Part shown: positions 17,110 through 26,296 of the stretch, piece after piece
Numbering within the stretch: position 1 is the stretch's first letter
Layout of the letters: each line of letters begins with the position of its first letter
Origin: Candidatus Saganbacteria bacterium
GTDB lineage: Bacteria; Margulisbacteria; WOR-1; O2-12-FULL-45-9; XYB2-FULL-48-7
Length of the DNA: 45,683 nucleotides
Assembly: GCA_016939335.1 (NCBI GenBank)
Contig: JAFGHC010000030.1
Coordinates: forward strand, 79,230 to 124,912
Direction: 5' to 3'
Position numbers and translations under genes: made by a program
Notes under the pieces: generated by a model
The model's database searches: none
What the model saw: only the letters and a program-made list of their open reading frames with translations
What the model was told of the DNA's origin: nothing

Positions 17110-18377
17110 TTTACGTAACCTCCGTATGATTTTCGCCAGGCGGCGTCGGCCGTCAGGACGTTGCGCTGCAGATTGAGCAGGTTGCTCTGCGCGGCAATAT
17201 GGTTATTGGTGATCACGTACCAGTCGTTGTAGGCCATCAGGCCGTTGATATATTTTTCCTGCGCGATGTTGGCGCGTTCGGTCGCGGCGGCCAGCTGAGT
17301 TTTGCCCGCCTCCAGCGCCTCCAGCGCGTCGGCCAGGCTCTCGTAAGCGCTGACAATGCCATACCTCGCGTCTTTGACGCTCTTGGCGAAATCTTCTTTC
17401 GCTTTGTCGAGCCTGACGTTATTAATGACTTGATCGACAAAATTGGCGCCGCCCGGGAAGAAGGAGAACGAAAGGCCGACGCTCAAGGAATTAGTGTCGG
17501 TCGCGGGCGGCCAGCCGCTCCCGCTCCGGCGGTAGCTGCCGCTCAAACTGACCGACGGCAAAAATTCGCTCAAAGTCGACTGCTGCTGGACCTCCGCCGC
17601 CTCTAACTGGTATTTCGCCGCGCGGTAAGCCGGCGCGGCGGCCAGCAGCGTTTCATAATCGGGCGCGGACGCGGCAGCGAAAGCCAGCGCCCCTTCGACC
17701 GAGGCGACAGCCGCGCCCAGCAACTGGGAGAGGTTCAGTTCGGCCAGCCGGCGGTCGCGCTCCGCCGCCGAAAGATTGTACCGGGCCCCGGCCTCGTCGG
17801 CCTTGGTGCTCAAAAGATTCCCCCGGTCCTCGTTGCCGCCTTCGTAACGCAGTTCGATCAGCCGGCTGTTCTCCGCCCGCCGGGCGACGATCTTCCGCTG
17901 CAGGTCGACCCTCGCCCCGGCGATCAGCAGAGCGATGAAAGCCGACCGTCCTTCAGCCAGGACATTCGCCTCGTTCAGATCGTAATTAGCCTGGTTAAGC
18001 TGGTAATCGGCGTAGGCCGAACGGAGGCTGAAAATATCTGAAGCATTAAAGAGGCTCAGCGTGCCTGTCAGCCCGTAGGCATAGCTCGAACTCGCGGCCA
18101 GCGTCGCCACGTTGGTCGTGCCGGCCGACAGATTGGCCGAGAGCTGCGGCAGGAAGGCGGTGTAAGAACGCCGGTAGGTCCAGCCGGAGGACTCGAGCTG
18201 CTTCCGCGCGCTGCGCAGTTCGTTATTGTTCGCCCGCAGCAGCCGCACGGCCTCGGGCCAGGTGACGGCCCCGGCGGCGGTCAGGGCCCAGATTGAAGCA
18301 GCGGCAATTAATGCTAATTTATGTATCGCTCTGGGATTAATGACGATTGCCTCCCAACCCCAGAGGTATTCTACCAC
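17106..18377 (-). CDS. TolC-family outer membrane efflux protein (start uncertain)
   Basis: Signal peptide and two OEP repeats (FLPQLSA, FLPSVSLSG), RYEGG, EKYING; operon context. Confidence 0.85.
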   Translation of the reverse strand: MVEYLWGWEAIVINPRAIHKLALIAAASIWALTAAGAVTWPEAVRLLRANNNELRSARKQLESSGWTYRRSYTAFLPQLSANLSAGTTNVATLAASSSYAYGLTGTLSLFNASDIFSLRSAYADYQLNQANYDLNEANVLAEGRSAFIALLIAGARVDLQRKIVARRAENSRLIELRYEGGNEDRGNLLSTKADEAGARYNLSAAERDRRLAELNLSQLLGAAVASVEGALAFAAASAPDYETLLAAAPAYRAAKYQLEAAEVQQQSTLSEFLPSVSLSGSYRRSGSGWPPATDTNSLSVGLSFSFFPGGANFVDQVINNVRLDKAKEDFAKSVKDARYGIVSAYESLADALEALEAGKTQLAAATERANIAQEKYINGLMAYNDWYVITNNHIAAQSNLLNLQRNVLTADAAWRKSYGGYVK

Positions 18378-18807
18378 CTTTTTTGTCCAGCAACGCCTTG
18401 AACTTTTCTTTTTGCGCCGGTGTCAGCAAAGCTTTCAATTGGAGCAGCGAATCGGTGCGCGCGATCCGCAACTCGGTCATCTGCGCGCCGATCCGCCTGA
18501 TCAGGTCGCGCGTTTTGTCCCTGTCCGGGGAATCCTTGGCCAGCTCGTCTTTCAGCTTATCGCCCAGTTCTTTGATCTTCCGCCGGCCGGCGACCACCAC
18601 CTTTTTTTGGGCCTGCTCCCCGGCCTTGAACTTGTCGGCCTGCTCCCGGGTCAGATCGAGTTTTTTGGCAATGCCCGCCATGGCCCTCTCATGATCAATT
18701 TTCCCCGGTCTCCCGCCCCGGCCCCAGGCGGCGCACGCCTGCGATGAAAACATTGCCAGGACCAGCGCGACCACGATCATCCGTCCCCAACCGATCTTTC
18801 CCATCAT
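18337..18807 (-). CDS. Spy/CpxP-like periplasmic protein
   Basis: Signal peptide with LDLTREQ and LLTPAQKEKF (LTxxQ) motifs; RBS GAAGGAGGA. Confidence 0.8.
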   Translation of the reverse strand: MMGKIGWGRMIVVALVLAMFSSQACAAWGRGGRPGKIDHERAMAGIAKKLDLTREQADKFKAGEQAQKKVVVAGRRKIKELGDKLKDELAKDSPDRDKTRDLIRRIGAQMTELRIARTDSLLQLKALLTPAQKEKFKALLDKKGGRIPLGLGGNRH

Positions 18808-18872
18808 GTCCATTCCTCCTTCACGATCCGCTCTCAGGGATTTTTGACAACCGCCGCCCGCCAATAGTTCCC

Positions 18873-19148
18873 TCAATCGGAAAAAACATAATCGAGGACC
18901 GGCCCGTCAGAAATGTCGGGCTCAAAAACGTAGGCGTACAATTGACCGCCCTCCGTCATCACGGCCGGGCAAGCGAAATACGCGGCCGCACTGATCAGAA
19001 AAAGCGCCAGGACCCCGGCCGCCGCCCTTCTCGCCCGGGCTTTCTGCCGGGCAATGATCTTCCCGCCGATCGACCGGCGCAGCGCAGCAAAGTCCGCCGT
19101 TCCTTTACCATCCCTGATCCGCCCCAGGTATTCGTCATAACCGATCAT
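18873..19148 (-). CDS. Small single-TM protein, putative anti-sigma factor
   Basis: Overlaps the end of the ECF sigma gene; basic patch followed by a TM helix. Confidence 0.6.
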   Translation of the reverse strand: MIGYDEYLGRIRDGKGTADFAALRRSIGGKIIARQKARARRAAAGVLALFLISAAAYFACPAVMTEGGQLYAYVFEPDISDGPVLDYVFSD

Positions 19149-19626
19149 AAGCGCTCAACTCCTTCTTCAAGATCTCGCGGGCGCGGTGCAGCGTCGATTT
19201 GACCGTCCCCAGCGGCAAAGCCATGAGCGCCGCGATCTCCTCCAGTTTCTTCTCTTCGATGTCCGACAGGGTGACGACCATTCTCTGCCGCGGACTAAGT
19301 CTGGCCAGCGGCCTTTCCAGCGAGAAGCCCGCCCCTGCCGCCGGCTCTTCGGCCTCGATCAATCTTAACCCGCTCAAGACCTCGATCACCTTCCTGTGGC
19401 GGTCGCGTTTTTTGAGCTGGTTGACGGCGGTATTGACCGCGATCCGGTAAAGCCAGGTGCCGACCGCGGACTCGCCGCGGAAACGGGGCAAGGCCCGGTG
19501 GACGTTGATAAAAACCTCCTGAAAAAGGTCTTCGCGGTCTTCCGCGGTGAAAACATAACGGGAGACCAGCGACCAGATATTCCCTTTATGCTCCTGATAA
19601 ACGGTCTCAAAATCAAGTCCTGCCAT
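19135..19626 (-). CDS. ECF RNA polymerase sigma factor (RpoE-like)
   Basis: EDLFQEVFI, FRGES..TWLYRIAVN, EEIAALM..PLGTVKSTLHRAR. Confidence 0.93.
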   Translation of the reverse strand: MAGLDFETVYQEHKGNIWSLVSRYVFTAEDREDLFQEVFINVHRALPRFRGESAVGTWLYRIAVNTAVNQLKKRDRHRKVIEVLSGLRLIEAEEPAAGAGFSLERPLARLSPRQRMVVTLSDIEEKKLEEIAALMALPLGTVKSTLHRAREILKKELSAYDRL

Positions 19627-19646
19627 ATAATGATTATATACCCCTT

Positions 19647-19675
19647 TTAGACCATTCGGGACGGAAAAAAGTTCC
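19647..19675 (-). promoter_or_regulatory. SigmaE-type promoter GGAACTT-N16-GTCTAA (probably autoregulatory)
   Basis: Close match to the RpoE consensus immediately upstream of the ECF sigma gene. Confidence 0.7.
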
Positions 19676-19713
19676 GGTTGAACTGCCGGCCGGCACAAGT
19701 TATCATATACGGT

Positions 19714-20190
19714 ATGAGCAGCGGAGAGTTAGCTAAGCTGGCCGTCAGTCTTGCCGTCTGTCTTGGCGCGGGTTTTATCGGCTCGCTTTTCACGCGCGGC
19801 GCCATCCCCACCTGGTACGCGGCGCTCAACAAGCCCGCCTTCAACCCGCCCAACTGGGTCTTCGCGCCGGTCTGGACCATCCTTTACATATTGATGGGGA
19901 TCGCCGCCTGGCTGGTCTGGCGCCGCGGCCCGCACACCGCCGGCGTTAAGCTCGCCCTCGCCTTTTTCGCGCTGCAGCTCGTTCTGAACATCGCCTGGTC
20001 GGTCTTGTTCTTTTACTGCCATTCCCCGTTCTACGCTTATCTCGAGATCGTTGCGCTCTGGGCTTTTATCGTTCTGACCATCGTTTTCTTCCATCAGGTG
20101 TCCAAACCGGCCGCCTGGCTGCTCTTGCCTTATCTCCTGTGGGTCAGTTTCGCCTCGGTCCTTAATTTCGTCATCTGGAGGCTGAATTAA
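19714..20190 (+). CDS. tspO: TspO/MBR family protein
   Basis: WYAALNKPAFNPPNWVFAPVWTILY, QLVLNIAWS.LFF, LLLPYLLWVSFA. Confidence 0.95.
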   Translation: MSSGELAKLAVSLAVCLGAGFIGSLFTRGAIPTWYAALNKPAFNPPNWVFAPVWTILYILMGIAAWLVWRRGPHTAGVKLALAFFALQLVLNIAWSVLFFYCHSPFYAYLEIVALWAFIVLTIVFFHQVSKPAAWLLLPYLLWVSFASVLNFVIWRLN

Positions 20191-20670
20191 ACGAGAACCC
20201 TGGTCGTTTATTATTCGCGCGACGGCCTGACGAAAAAAATCGCCGCGGCGCTGGCCGACCTGCTCAAGGCGGACAGTGAAGAACTGATCGATCTGACCGA
20301 CCGGCGCGGCTTCTGGGGCTGGCTCCGCGCCGGACGGGACGCCATGAAACATAAACTGACCCGCCTCAAAAAGACCGGCAAAGCGCCGGACGAATACGAT
20401 CTGGTCGTCGTCGGTTCGCCCGTCTGGGCCGGCAACCCGACGCCGGCGGTCAGGACCTATCTGTCGGAAAACCACGACAAGATAAAACGGGCGGCTTTTT
20501 TTTGCTGTAAAGGCGGCCTGCCGGCCAAACAGTTCTTCCCCGAAATGGCAAAGGTCTGCGGCCAAAGGCCGCTGGCCGTCATGGAGATCAAGCGGGGGGA
20601 AGGGCCGACCGGCGTCGCCGCCCATAAAATGCTCCGGTTCGCCGGCGAAATACAAAAAGGAGGAATTTGA
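20191..20670 (+). CDS. Flavodoxin family protein (homology begins at an ACG codon)
   Basis: Frame from 20191 reads (ACG)[17 protein letters not shown]...[23 protein letters not shown]...AAFFCC; GGAGG lies 9 nt before the ACG. Confidence 0.8.
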   Translation, partial: TRTLVVYYSRDGLTKKIAAALADLLKADSEELIDLTDRRGFWGWLRAGRDAMKHKLTRLKKTGKAPDEYDLVVVGSPVWAGNPTPAVRTYLSENHDKIKRAAFFCCKGGLPAKQFFPEMAKVCGQRPLAVMEIKRGEGPTGVAAHKMLRFAGEIQKGGI

Positions 20671-20672
20671 CC

Positions 20673-21248
20673 GTGGAACACAAACTGCCCGAACTGCCCT
20701 ACGCCAGGAACGCCCTGGCCCCGTCACTGTCCGCGGAAACGCTGGAATACCACTACGGGAAGCACCACGCAACATATGTCGCCAACTTGAATAAGCTGAT
20801 CGCGGGAACGGAGTTCGAGAACGCCGCGCTGGAGGAGATCGTCAAGCAAGCGAGCGGCGGGCTGTTCAACAACGCCGCCCAGCACTGGAACCACTCGTTC
20901 TACTGGAACTGCCTGTCGCCCCAGGGCGGCGGGGAGCCGGGCGGCGCGCTGGCCGAAGCGCTCAAGAAAAGTTTTGGCTCGCTTGACCAGTTCAAGGAAA
21001 AATTCACGGCCGCCGCCGCCACCCTGTTCGGCTCCGGCTGGACCTGGCTGGTCAAAGAAAAAGACGGCCGCCTGACGATCGAGAACACGAGCAACGCCGA
21101 AACGCCGCTCAAGGCCGGCAAAAAGGCGCTGCTGACCTGCGATGTCTGGGAACACGCTTATTACATCGACCACCGCAATGCCCGGGCGAAATATCTCGAA
21201 GCGTTCTGGAAGCTGGTCAACTGGCAGTTTGCCGGATTGAACTACTGA
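20673..21248 (+). CDS. sodB: Superoxide dismutase [Fe]
   Basis: [49 protein letters not shown] start after GGAGG. Confidence 0.93.
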   Translation: MEHKLPELPYARNALAPSLSAETLEYHYGKHHATYVANLNKLIAGTEFENAALEEIVKQASGGLFNNAAQHWNHSFYWNCLSPQGGGEPGGALAEALKKSFGSLDQFKEKFTAAAATLFGSGWTWLVKEKDGRLTIENTSNAETPLKAGKKALLTCDVWEHAYYIDHRNARAKYLEAFWKLVNWQFAGLNY

Positions 21249-21286
21249 TGTTTGAACCGGCCGGCGCACGGTGGTAAAATACTGCC

Positions 21287-21781
21287 ATGTCTGATCTCTT
21301 GGACGGCCTCTCCAATGTTGAAGCGCTGACGGCGCAGATCAACGCTCTGCAAAAAGGCCAGGACAGCAAGGCCCTCAACGCGAGCGGCGCCAGCGCCGCC
21401 GACCCCGACACTTTCATCCTCCAGACCCAGCAGAATTTCAACTCCATGCTGACCGCGCTGATGGCCACGCCCGACAGCAGCGGCAGCTCGGGCAACTCGA
21501 CCGACGCTTTCTCCTCTTTTTTGAGCGGCAGCGACCAGAGTTCGCTGCAGGCGCAATTGCAACTGGCGACCAGTTCTTACGCCGGTAATCTGCAAAAGCT
21601 GACCGCTCTCGAGCGGAATTCCCAGCTGATCGGCAAGCGGATCATTTATCAGGACCAGAGCGGGGCGCAGCAGGAAGCGGTCATCAGCCAGATCGCGATC
21701 GACCAGAAAGGGAACGCATCCGTTGTTTCCACCGACGGCCGGAAGATCGCGGTCTCGGCCATCCTCGGGCTCAAGCAATAA
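21287..21781 (+). CDS. FlgD-like (flagellar hook-capping-like) protein, divergent
   Basis: Ser/Ala-rich N-terminus, NF..MLTALM, then SQLIGKRIIY.D.SG...AVISQI...DGRKIAVSAI, resembling the short FlgD C-terminus. Confidence 0.5.
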   Translation: MSDLLDGLSNVEALTAQINALQKGQDSKALNASGASAADPDTFILQTQQNFNSMLTALMATPDSSGSSGNSTDAFSSFLSGSDQSSLQAQLQLATSSYAGNLQKLTALERNSQLIGKRIIYQDQSGAQQEAVISQIAIDQKGNASVVSTDGRKIAVSAILGLKQ

Positions 21782-21784
21782 GCC

Positions 21785-22015
21785 GTGACCAGCGTCAAAT
21801 GGTATCACCGTCCGCCGGTCGTGCTGGCGCTCCTCTTCGTCGTCCTCGGCCCCTTCGCCCTGCCGCTGCTTTATCAAAGCCCGGCCTTCAACCGGACCTG
21901 GAAATTCATCCTGACAATCGCGGTCCTGGCCCTGGCCGGCGCGCTGTTCGCCTATGCTTTCGAAGCGGAGCAAGCGTACCTGAACCGGCTGTTTGACCAG
22001 CTGTCACACTTCTGA
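21785..22015 (+). CDS. Small two-TM hypothetical membrane protein
   Basis: KWY....VLALLFVVLGPFALPLLYQSP.F...WK pattern; packed closely behind the upstream gene. Confidence 0.65.
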   Translation: MTSVKWYHRPPVVLALLFVVLGPFALPLLYQSPAFNRTWKFILTIAVLALAGALFAYAFEAEQAYLNRLFDQLSHF

Positions 22016-22030
22016 CCCGCGGCCGGCCAG

Positions 22031-22507
22031 CTAGCCGAAATATCTCTGGATCAGATGCCCGACATAATGCGTGAGGACGATCACGGCCGCCGCGACAAAT
22101 AAATGCTCGGAAACCACCGTCAGGGCGGACACTTTTTGCTCTCTCGCCATCAGAAAGCTGGACAAGCCCAGCAGCAATAAACCGTAGATCACGCTGATTA
22201 TGACCGCGACCGGCAATGAAAATAATAAAAGCGGTATCAAGAAAGTGCCGGCGAAAATAAATTTGGCCAGAAAGGTGTAAATGGTGGATTCCCACACTTC
22301 CCTGACAGTATGTTCGCCTTCCGCTTCCTCGGAAAAATGGATCCCCAGCGCGTCCGAGAACGCGTCCGCGATGGCGATCGTCAGAATACCGCCGACAACC
22401 ACCAGCTTGGAATTGGTCCCCGCCTCCAGCCCGACCATCAGGCCGAGCGTCGTGATCACGCCGGAGGTCGAGCCGAAAGTCAGCCCGGTCATGAAAGACG
22501 ATTTCAT
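22031..22507 (-). CDS. VIT1/CCC1-like membrane protein
   Basis: FG.TSGVITTLGLMVGL, IAIADAFSDALGIHFSEE. Confidence 0.8.
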   Translation of the reverse strand: MKSSFMTGLTFGSTSGVITTLGLMVGLEAGTNSKLVVVGGILTIAIADAFSDALGIHFSEEAEGEHTVREVWESTIYTFLAKFIFAGTFLIPLLLFSLPVAVIISVIYGLLLLGLSSFLMAREQKVSALTVVSEHLFVAAAVIVLTHYVGHLIQRYFG

Positions 22508-22516
22508 AATCCCCGC

Positions 22517-22544
22517 ATTATAGGCCGGGGCGCTTGCTTGTCAA
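22517..22544 (-). promoter_or_regulatory. Sigma70 promoter TTGACA-N16-TATAAT
   Basis: Perfect consensus hexamers 9 nt upstream of the VIT1-like ATG. Confidence 0.7.
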
Positions 22545-22551
22545 GAGTTTT

Positions 22552-23349
22552 TTACTGTTTCTTTTTCAGCCGGGAGAGCCAGCCTGGCCTGGCCGGAGGA
22601 GGGGAAGGTTCCGGGGCGGCGGGCGTTGGAGTTGCCTCGGCAACTGGCGGGACCGTGAAGACAAGCGTTTTTTCCCTGCCGCTCGCAACGGGAACGGCGC
22701 TCGTTGGGCCAAGATTGGCCTTAAGCTTGATAAAACAGGTGCCCAGCTTGGCGGCCGCTTCTTCTGGTTTTCTCTCTTCCGCCTTCTCAAGCAGATGAGC
22801 CAAAACTTTCGGATCGGCTCCGCAGTTATTATAACCCCGCTCTTTCTCCTGTTCTCTCCCGAGCGCCGCCCGGCTGAAGTGGACCGCGGCCGAATCATAA
22901 TTGCCGCGCGCCAGCGCGAAAAGTCCGGCATAAAAACGGGCGAAAGGGATATCGCTTTCCGCGGTGTTCCTGATATCAGGGGGCAATTGTGATAAAGGAT
23001 GGTTGTGCAGCGAGATAAAATCGTTGAGATTCTGCTCGATCATCAGCAACTCGTCCGCTGTCACCAGGCCGATCAATCTGCCGCGGATATAATCGGTTTT
23101 CCGATAGAGCCCGACGGTGCGCACGATGATCTCGTTGATATAATTGGGGAAGTCCGCCCTGTCCCGCAATAATTCATGAAAGCCGAGGACCGCCCGCCGT
23201 TCGCTTTCCGGGCCGCCGTGAGTTGTCAATTTTTTTAACACTTCAAGAAAACGGGCCTGTTCGCCGGTTTGTTTAGTTGACACGCCAAGCGGCGGAGTCA
23301 GTGCCAACGAGGCGCCCCGGCCGGTTTTTGGGGGCGGAGAAGTTTTCAT
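22552..23349 (-). CDS. Hypothetical protein (orphan; Pro/Thr-rich termini, possible TPR-like helix pair)
   Basis: 265-aa ORF filling the interval; segment FYAGLFALARGNYDSAAVHFSRA; preceded by a sigma28-like promoter. Confidence 0.7.
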   Translation of the reverse strand: MKTSPPPKTGRGASLALTPPLGVSTKQTGEQARFLEVLKKLTTHGGPESERRAVLGFHELLRDRADFPNYINEIIVRTVGLYRKTDYIRGRLIGLVTADELLMIEQNLNDFISLHNHPLSQLPPDIRNTAESDIPFARFYAGLFALARGNYDSAAVHFSRAALGREQEKERGYNNCGADPKVLAHLLEKAEERKPEEAAAKLGTCFIKLKANLGPTSAVPVASGREKTLVFTVPPVAEATPTPAAPEPSPPPARPGWLSRLKKKQ

Positions 23350-23355
23350 GACTTG

Positions 23356-23383
23356 TTATCGGCAGTCCGTTCGTGAAATTTCA
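23356..23383 (-). promoter_or_regulatory. Sigma28/FliA-like promoter TGAAA-N15-GCCGATAA
   Basis: Exact GCCGATAA -10 with a 15-nt spacer, 6 nt upstream of ATG 23349. Confidence 0.7.
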
Positions 23384-23547
23384 GTTAGCAGGCGAAGAAA
23401 ATCCAGCGCCAAAGGCCGCCGAGCGCGAGTATAAGGGCTACTTAAAAGACACCGGGGCGCTTAAATAACGTTCTTGCCGGCCGCTAATCCGCCAATAGCA
23501 TTAGCCACAGCTGCGACATTCCCCCAAATAGTTGCTATAATACCGGC

Positions 23548-24753
23548 ATGAACCAAACCGGCGGCAACACTTTTTACGGTCTCGGCCTTTCGCCCAATCT
23601 GCTCGCCCTCCTCGAGCGGCTGAAGTTCAGAATACCGACGCCGATCCAGTTCAAGGCGATCCCGGTCGCCATCGAAGGCAAGGACCTGATCGGCGTGGCC
23701 CAGACCGGCACCGGCAAGACGCTCGCCTTTGGCCTGCCGATGATCCAGCGGCTGGCCGCGCTGCCGGGGCGCGGCCTGGTGCTGGTGCCGACCCGCGAGC
23801 TCGCCCTGCAGGTCGACGAGACGATCAACAAGCTCGGCCACCCGTTCGGCATGAGGACGGCGGTGATCATCGGCGGCGCTTCACAGCACCTGCAGATGCA
23901 GGCCTTGCGCAAAAATCCCCGCGTCATCATCGCCACGCCCGGCCGGCTGCTCGACCACCTCGGCCAGAGCACGCTCCGGCTCGATGACGTGCAGATCCTG
24001 GTCCTGGACGAGGCCGACCGGATGCTGGACATGGGCTTCGCGCCGCAGATCGAACGGATCATGAAATATCTGCCCCGGGAAAAGCAAACAATGCTTTTCT
24101 CCGCCACCCTGCCGGAGAAGATCGTCAAGATCGCCGCCGCCAACATGAAACTGCCGATCAGCGTGGAGATCGCCCCGTCCGGCACGGCGGCCGAGCACGT
24201 CAAACAGGAACTCTATATCATTAAAAAAGAGGAAAAAGCCCGGCTGCTGACCAAACTGCTCGACCAGTACCGCGGCACCGTTCTCCTCTTTTCCCGGACC
24301 AAACGGGGCGCGGGACGGATCGCCCGCGGCCTGCGCTCGCTCGGTTATTCGGCGGCGGAGATCCATTCCGACCGCTCGCTCGCCCAGCGGCGCGAAGCGC
24401 TCGAGGGCTTCAAGGCGGGCAAATACCGGATCCTGGTCGCCACCGACATCGCCGCCCGCGGCATTGACGTCAAAGGGATCGAGGTGGTCATCAACTACGA
24501 TCTGCCCGACGACGCCGAAAATTACGTCCACCGGATCGGCCGGACCGCCCGCGCCGGCCACGAAGGGCTGGCCATCTCGTTCGCCACCCCCGACCAGCAG
24601 AACGAGGTGCGCAACATCGAAAAACTGATGCGCCTGCCGCTGCCGGTTTCCCGGCATCCCGAATTCCAGCCGCTTGGCTTCGAGCTGTCCAGCCGGCCGG
24701 CCCCGCCGCCGCGGCCCCGCGGCAGACCGCATTACCGGCGGCGCCATGGATAA
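23548..24753 (+). CDS. DEAD-box RNA helicase (RhlE-like)
   Basis: AQTGTGKT, PTRELA, TPGRL, DEADRMLDMGF, SAT, ARGID, YVHRIGRTARAG. Confidence 0.95.
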   Translation: MNQTGGNTFYGLGLSPNLLALLERLKFRIPTPIQFKAIPVAIEGKDLIGVAQTGTGKTLAFGLPMIQRLAALPGRGLVLVPTRELALQVDETINKLGHPFGMRTAVIIGGASQHLQMQALRKNPRVIIATPGRLLDHLGQSTLRLDDVQILVLDEADRMLDMGFAPQIERIMKYLPREKQTMLFSATLPEKIVKIAAANMKLPISVEIAPSGTAAEHVKQELYIIKKEEKARLLTKLLDQYRGTVLLFSRTKRGAGRIARGLRSLGYSAAEIHSDRSLAQRREALEGFKAGKYRILVATDIAARGIDVKGIEVVINYDLPDDAENYVHRIGRTARAGHEGLAISFATPDQQNEVRNIEKLMRLPLPVSRHPEFQPLGFELSSRPAPPPRPRGRPHYRRRHG

Positions 24754-25198
24754 GATCAAACTTTACGACGCCAAACTCGGCCGGGTCATCCTGGCCCGCC
24801 CCGTGGTCAAATCCGAGGCCGAATGGAAAAAGCTGCTCACCGCGCAGCAGTTCGAAGTCACGGCCCATGCGGCGACCGAACCCCCTTACACCTCCTCCCT
24901 CGCCCAGGTCAAGGAGAACGGACTGTTCCGCTGCATCCGCTGCGGCACCGACCTCTTCCGCAGTTCGGCCCAGTTCGACTCGGGCACCGGCTGGCCCAGT
25001 TTCTACGAGCCGGTCTCGGAACTGAACATCCGGTACGAGGAGGATCATTCTTTCGGCCAGTTGCGCACCGCCGTCCGCTGCGCCCGCTGCGGCGCGCAGC
25101 TCGGCCATGTTTTTAATGACGGGCCGCCGCCGACCTTTAAACGCTACTGCCTCAACGGCGCGGCGCTGAAATTCGTCAATCTGAGCCCCCCGCTCTAA
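24746..25198 (+). CDS. msrB: Peptide-methionine (R)-S-oxide reductase
   Basis: EWKKLLT..QF, CIRC, FDSGTGWPSF, CARC..LGHVFNDGP, RYCLN. Confidence 0.93.
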   Translation: MDKIKLYDAKLGRVILARPVVKSEAEWKKLLTAQQFEVTAHAATEPPYTSSLAQVKENGLFRCIRCGTDLFRSSAQFDSGTGWPSFYEPVSELNIRYEEDHSFGQLRTAVRCARCGAQLGHVFNDGPPPTFKRYCLNGAALKFVNLSPPL

Positions 25199-25210
25199 GG
25201 AGGAAGGAAA

Positions 25211-25471
25211 ATGGACATCTGTCAGAGCTGCAGCATGCCGCTGCGGACAGACGGCGACCGCGGCACCAACGCCGACGGCGGCGTCAGCCAGGATTACTGT
25301 CATTTCTGCTATCAGCGCGGCAAGTTCACCGACGAGGGGATCACCATGGAGCAAAAGATCGACAAGCTGGTCGGCCTGGCCCGCGCGATGAGCATTCCCG
25401 AGGAGAACGCCCGCCGGATGGCGCAAACGATCCTGCCGACCCTGAAACGCTGGAGGAGTAAACAGCCATGA
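25211..25471 (+). CDS. Putative zinc ribbon domain protein
   Basis: CQSCSMPL...GTNADG...DYCHFCYQRGKF...LPTLKRW; strong RBS. Confidence 0.85.
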   Translation: MDICQSCSMPLRTDGDRGTNADGGVSQDYCHFCYQRGKFTDEGITMEQKIDKLVGLARAMSIPEENARRMAQTILPTLKRWRSKQP

Positions 25472-26271
25472 AAAAAACCTTCGCCCTGTTTGCGCTGCTC
25501 CTGCTCTGCCTGGCCCCCGCCCGCGTTTTGGCCATGGGGACGCCGCCCCACCTGCCGGGGCTGATCGAACTGCGGAGCCGGATCAGCGCCGAGCTGAACG
25601 CACTGGACAGCGATCTGGCGGCGGCGGCGCAGCAGCTCGGAACGGTCGGGTTTTACGGCAACTCGGCCGAAATTTTACAAAAGGTCTATGACGCTCACCC
25701 TTCGGTCGTTGACGTCGCCACGATCAATCCCGAAGGGTACCTGATGACCGTCCGGCCGGCGCGTTATAAAAAAGCGGAGGGCCAGCGGGTCAACGAGCAG
25801 TCCCATTTCAGGGCGATCCAGAAGAGCGGGCGCCCGGTGATGAGCGAGATGTTCAAGACGGTCGAAGGCTTTTACGCCGCCGCCCTCATTTATCCGGTGA
25901 TCAACCTCAAGGGGCAGACGATCGGCTACGTCAGCGCCGTCTTCAAGCCCGACGCGCTGATGGGCAAGATCATCAAGCCTTATCTCGCCCAGCTGCCCAG
26001 AGTTGACGCCTTCGCCCTGCAAAGGGACGGCCGCATCATCTACGACCATGACATCCTGCAGGTCGGCAAGATGACTTTTTCCGATCCGGCCTACCAGAGC
26101 TATTCCGAACTGCTGGCGCTGGCCGCCCGGATCACCGCCGAGGCGAGCGGCGCGGGGACCTACACTTTCCCGGTCGGGCTGACGAACGCGCCGGCCAAAA
26201 AAGCGACCGAGTGGGTCACCGTTTCCCTGCACGGCACCGACTGGCGGCTGGTCGTGGCCAAAGCGGAATAG
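25468..26271 (+). CDS. Secreted stand-alone Cache-domain protein
   Basis: Signal peptide; PVMSEMFKTVEG..AAALIYPV, GYVSAVF, DGRIIYD, W.LVV. Confidence 0.7.
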   Translation: MKKTFALFALLLLCLAPARVLAMGTPPHLPGLIELRSRISAELNALDSDLAAAAQQLGTVGFYGNSAEILQKVYDAHPSVVDVATINPEGYLMTVRPARYKKAEGQRVNEQSHFRAIQKSGRPVMSEMFKTVEGFYAAALIYPVINLKGQTIGYVSAVFKPDALMGKIIKPYLAQLPRVDAFALQRDGRIIYDHDILQVGKMTFSDPAYQSYSELLALAARITAEASGAGTYTFPVGLTNAPAKKATEWVTVSLHGTDWRLVVAKAE

Positions 26272-26296
26272 TTTCGCGGGGCGGCGGGCCCGGGGC

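Noticed and set aside
23385..23525. Possible remnant of a small membrane-protein gene on the minus strand (MSQLWLMLLAD...VALILALGGLWRWIFL)
   Set aside because: Interrupted by stops and has no recognisable homology; cannot be supported
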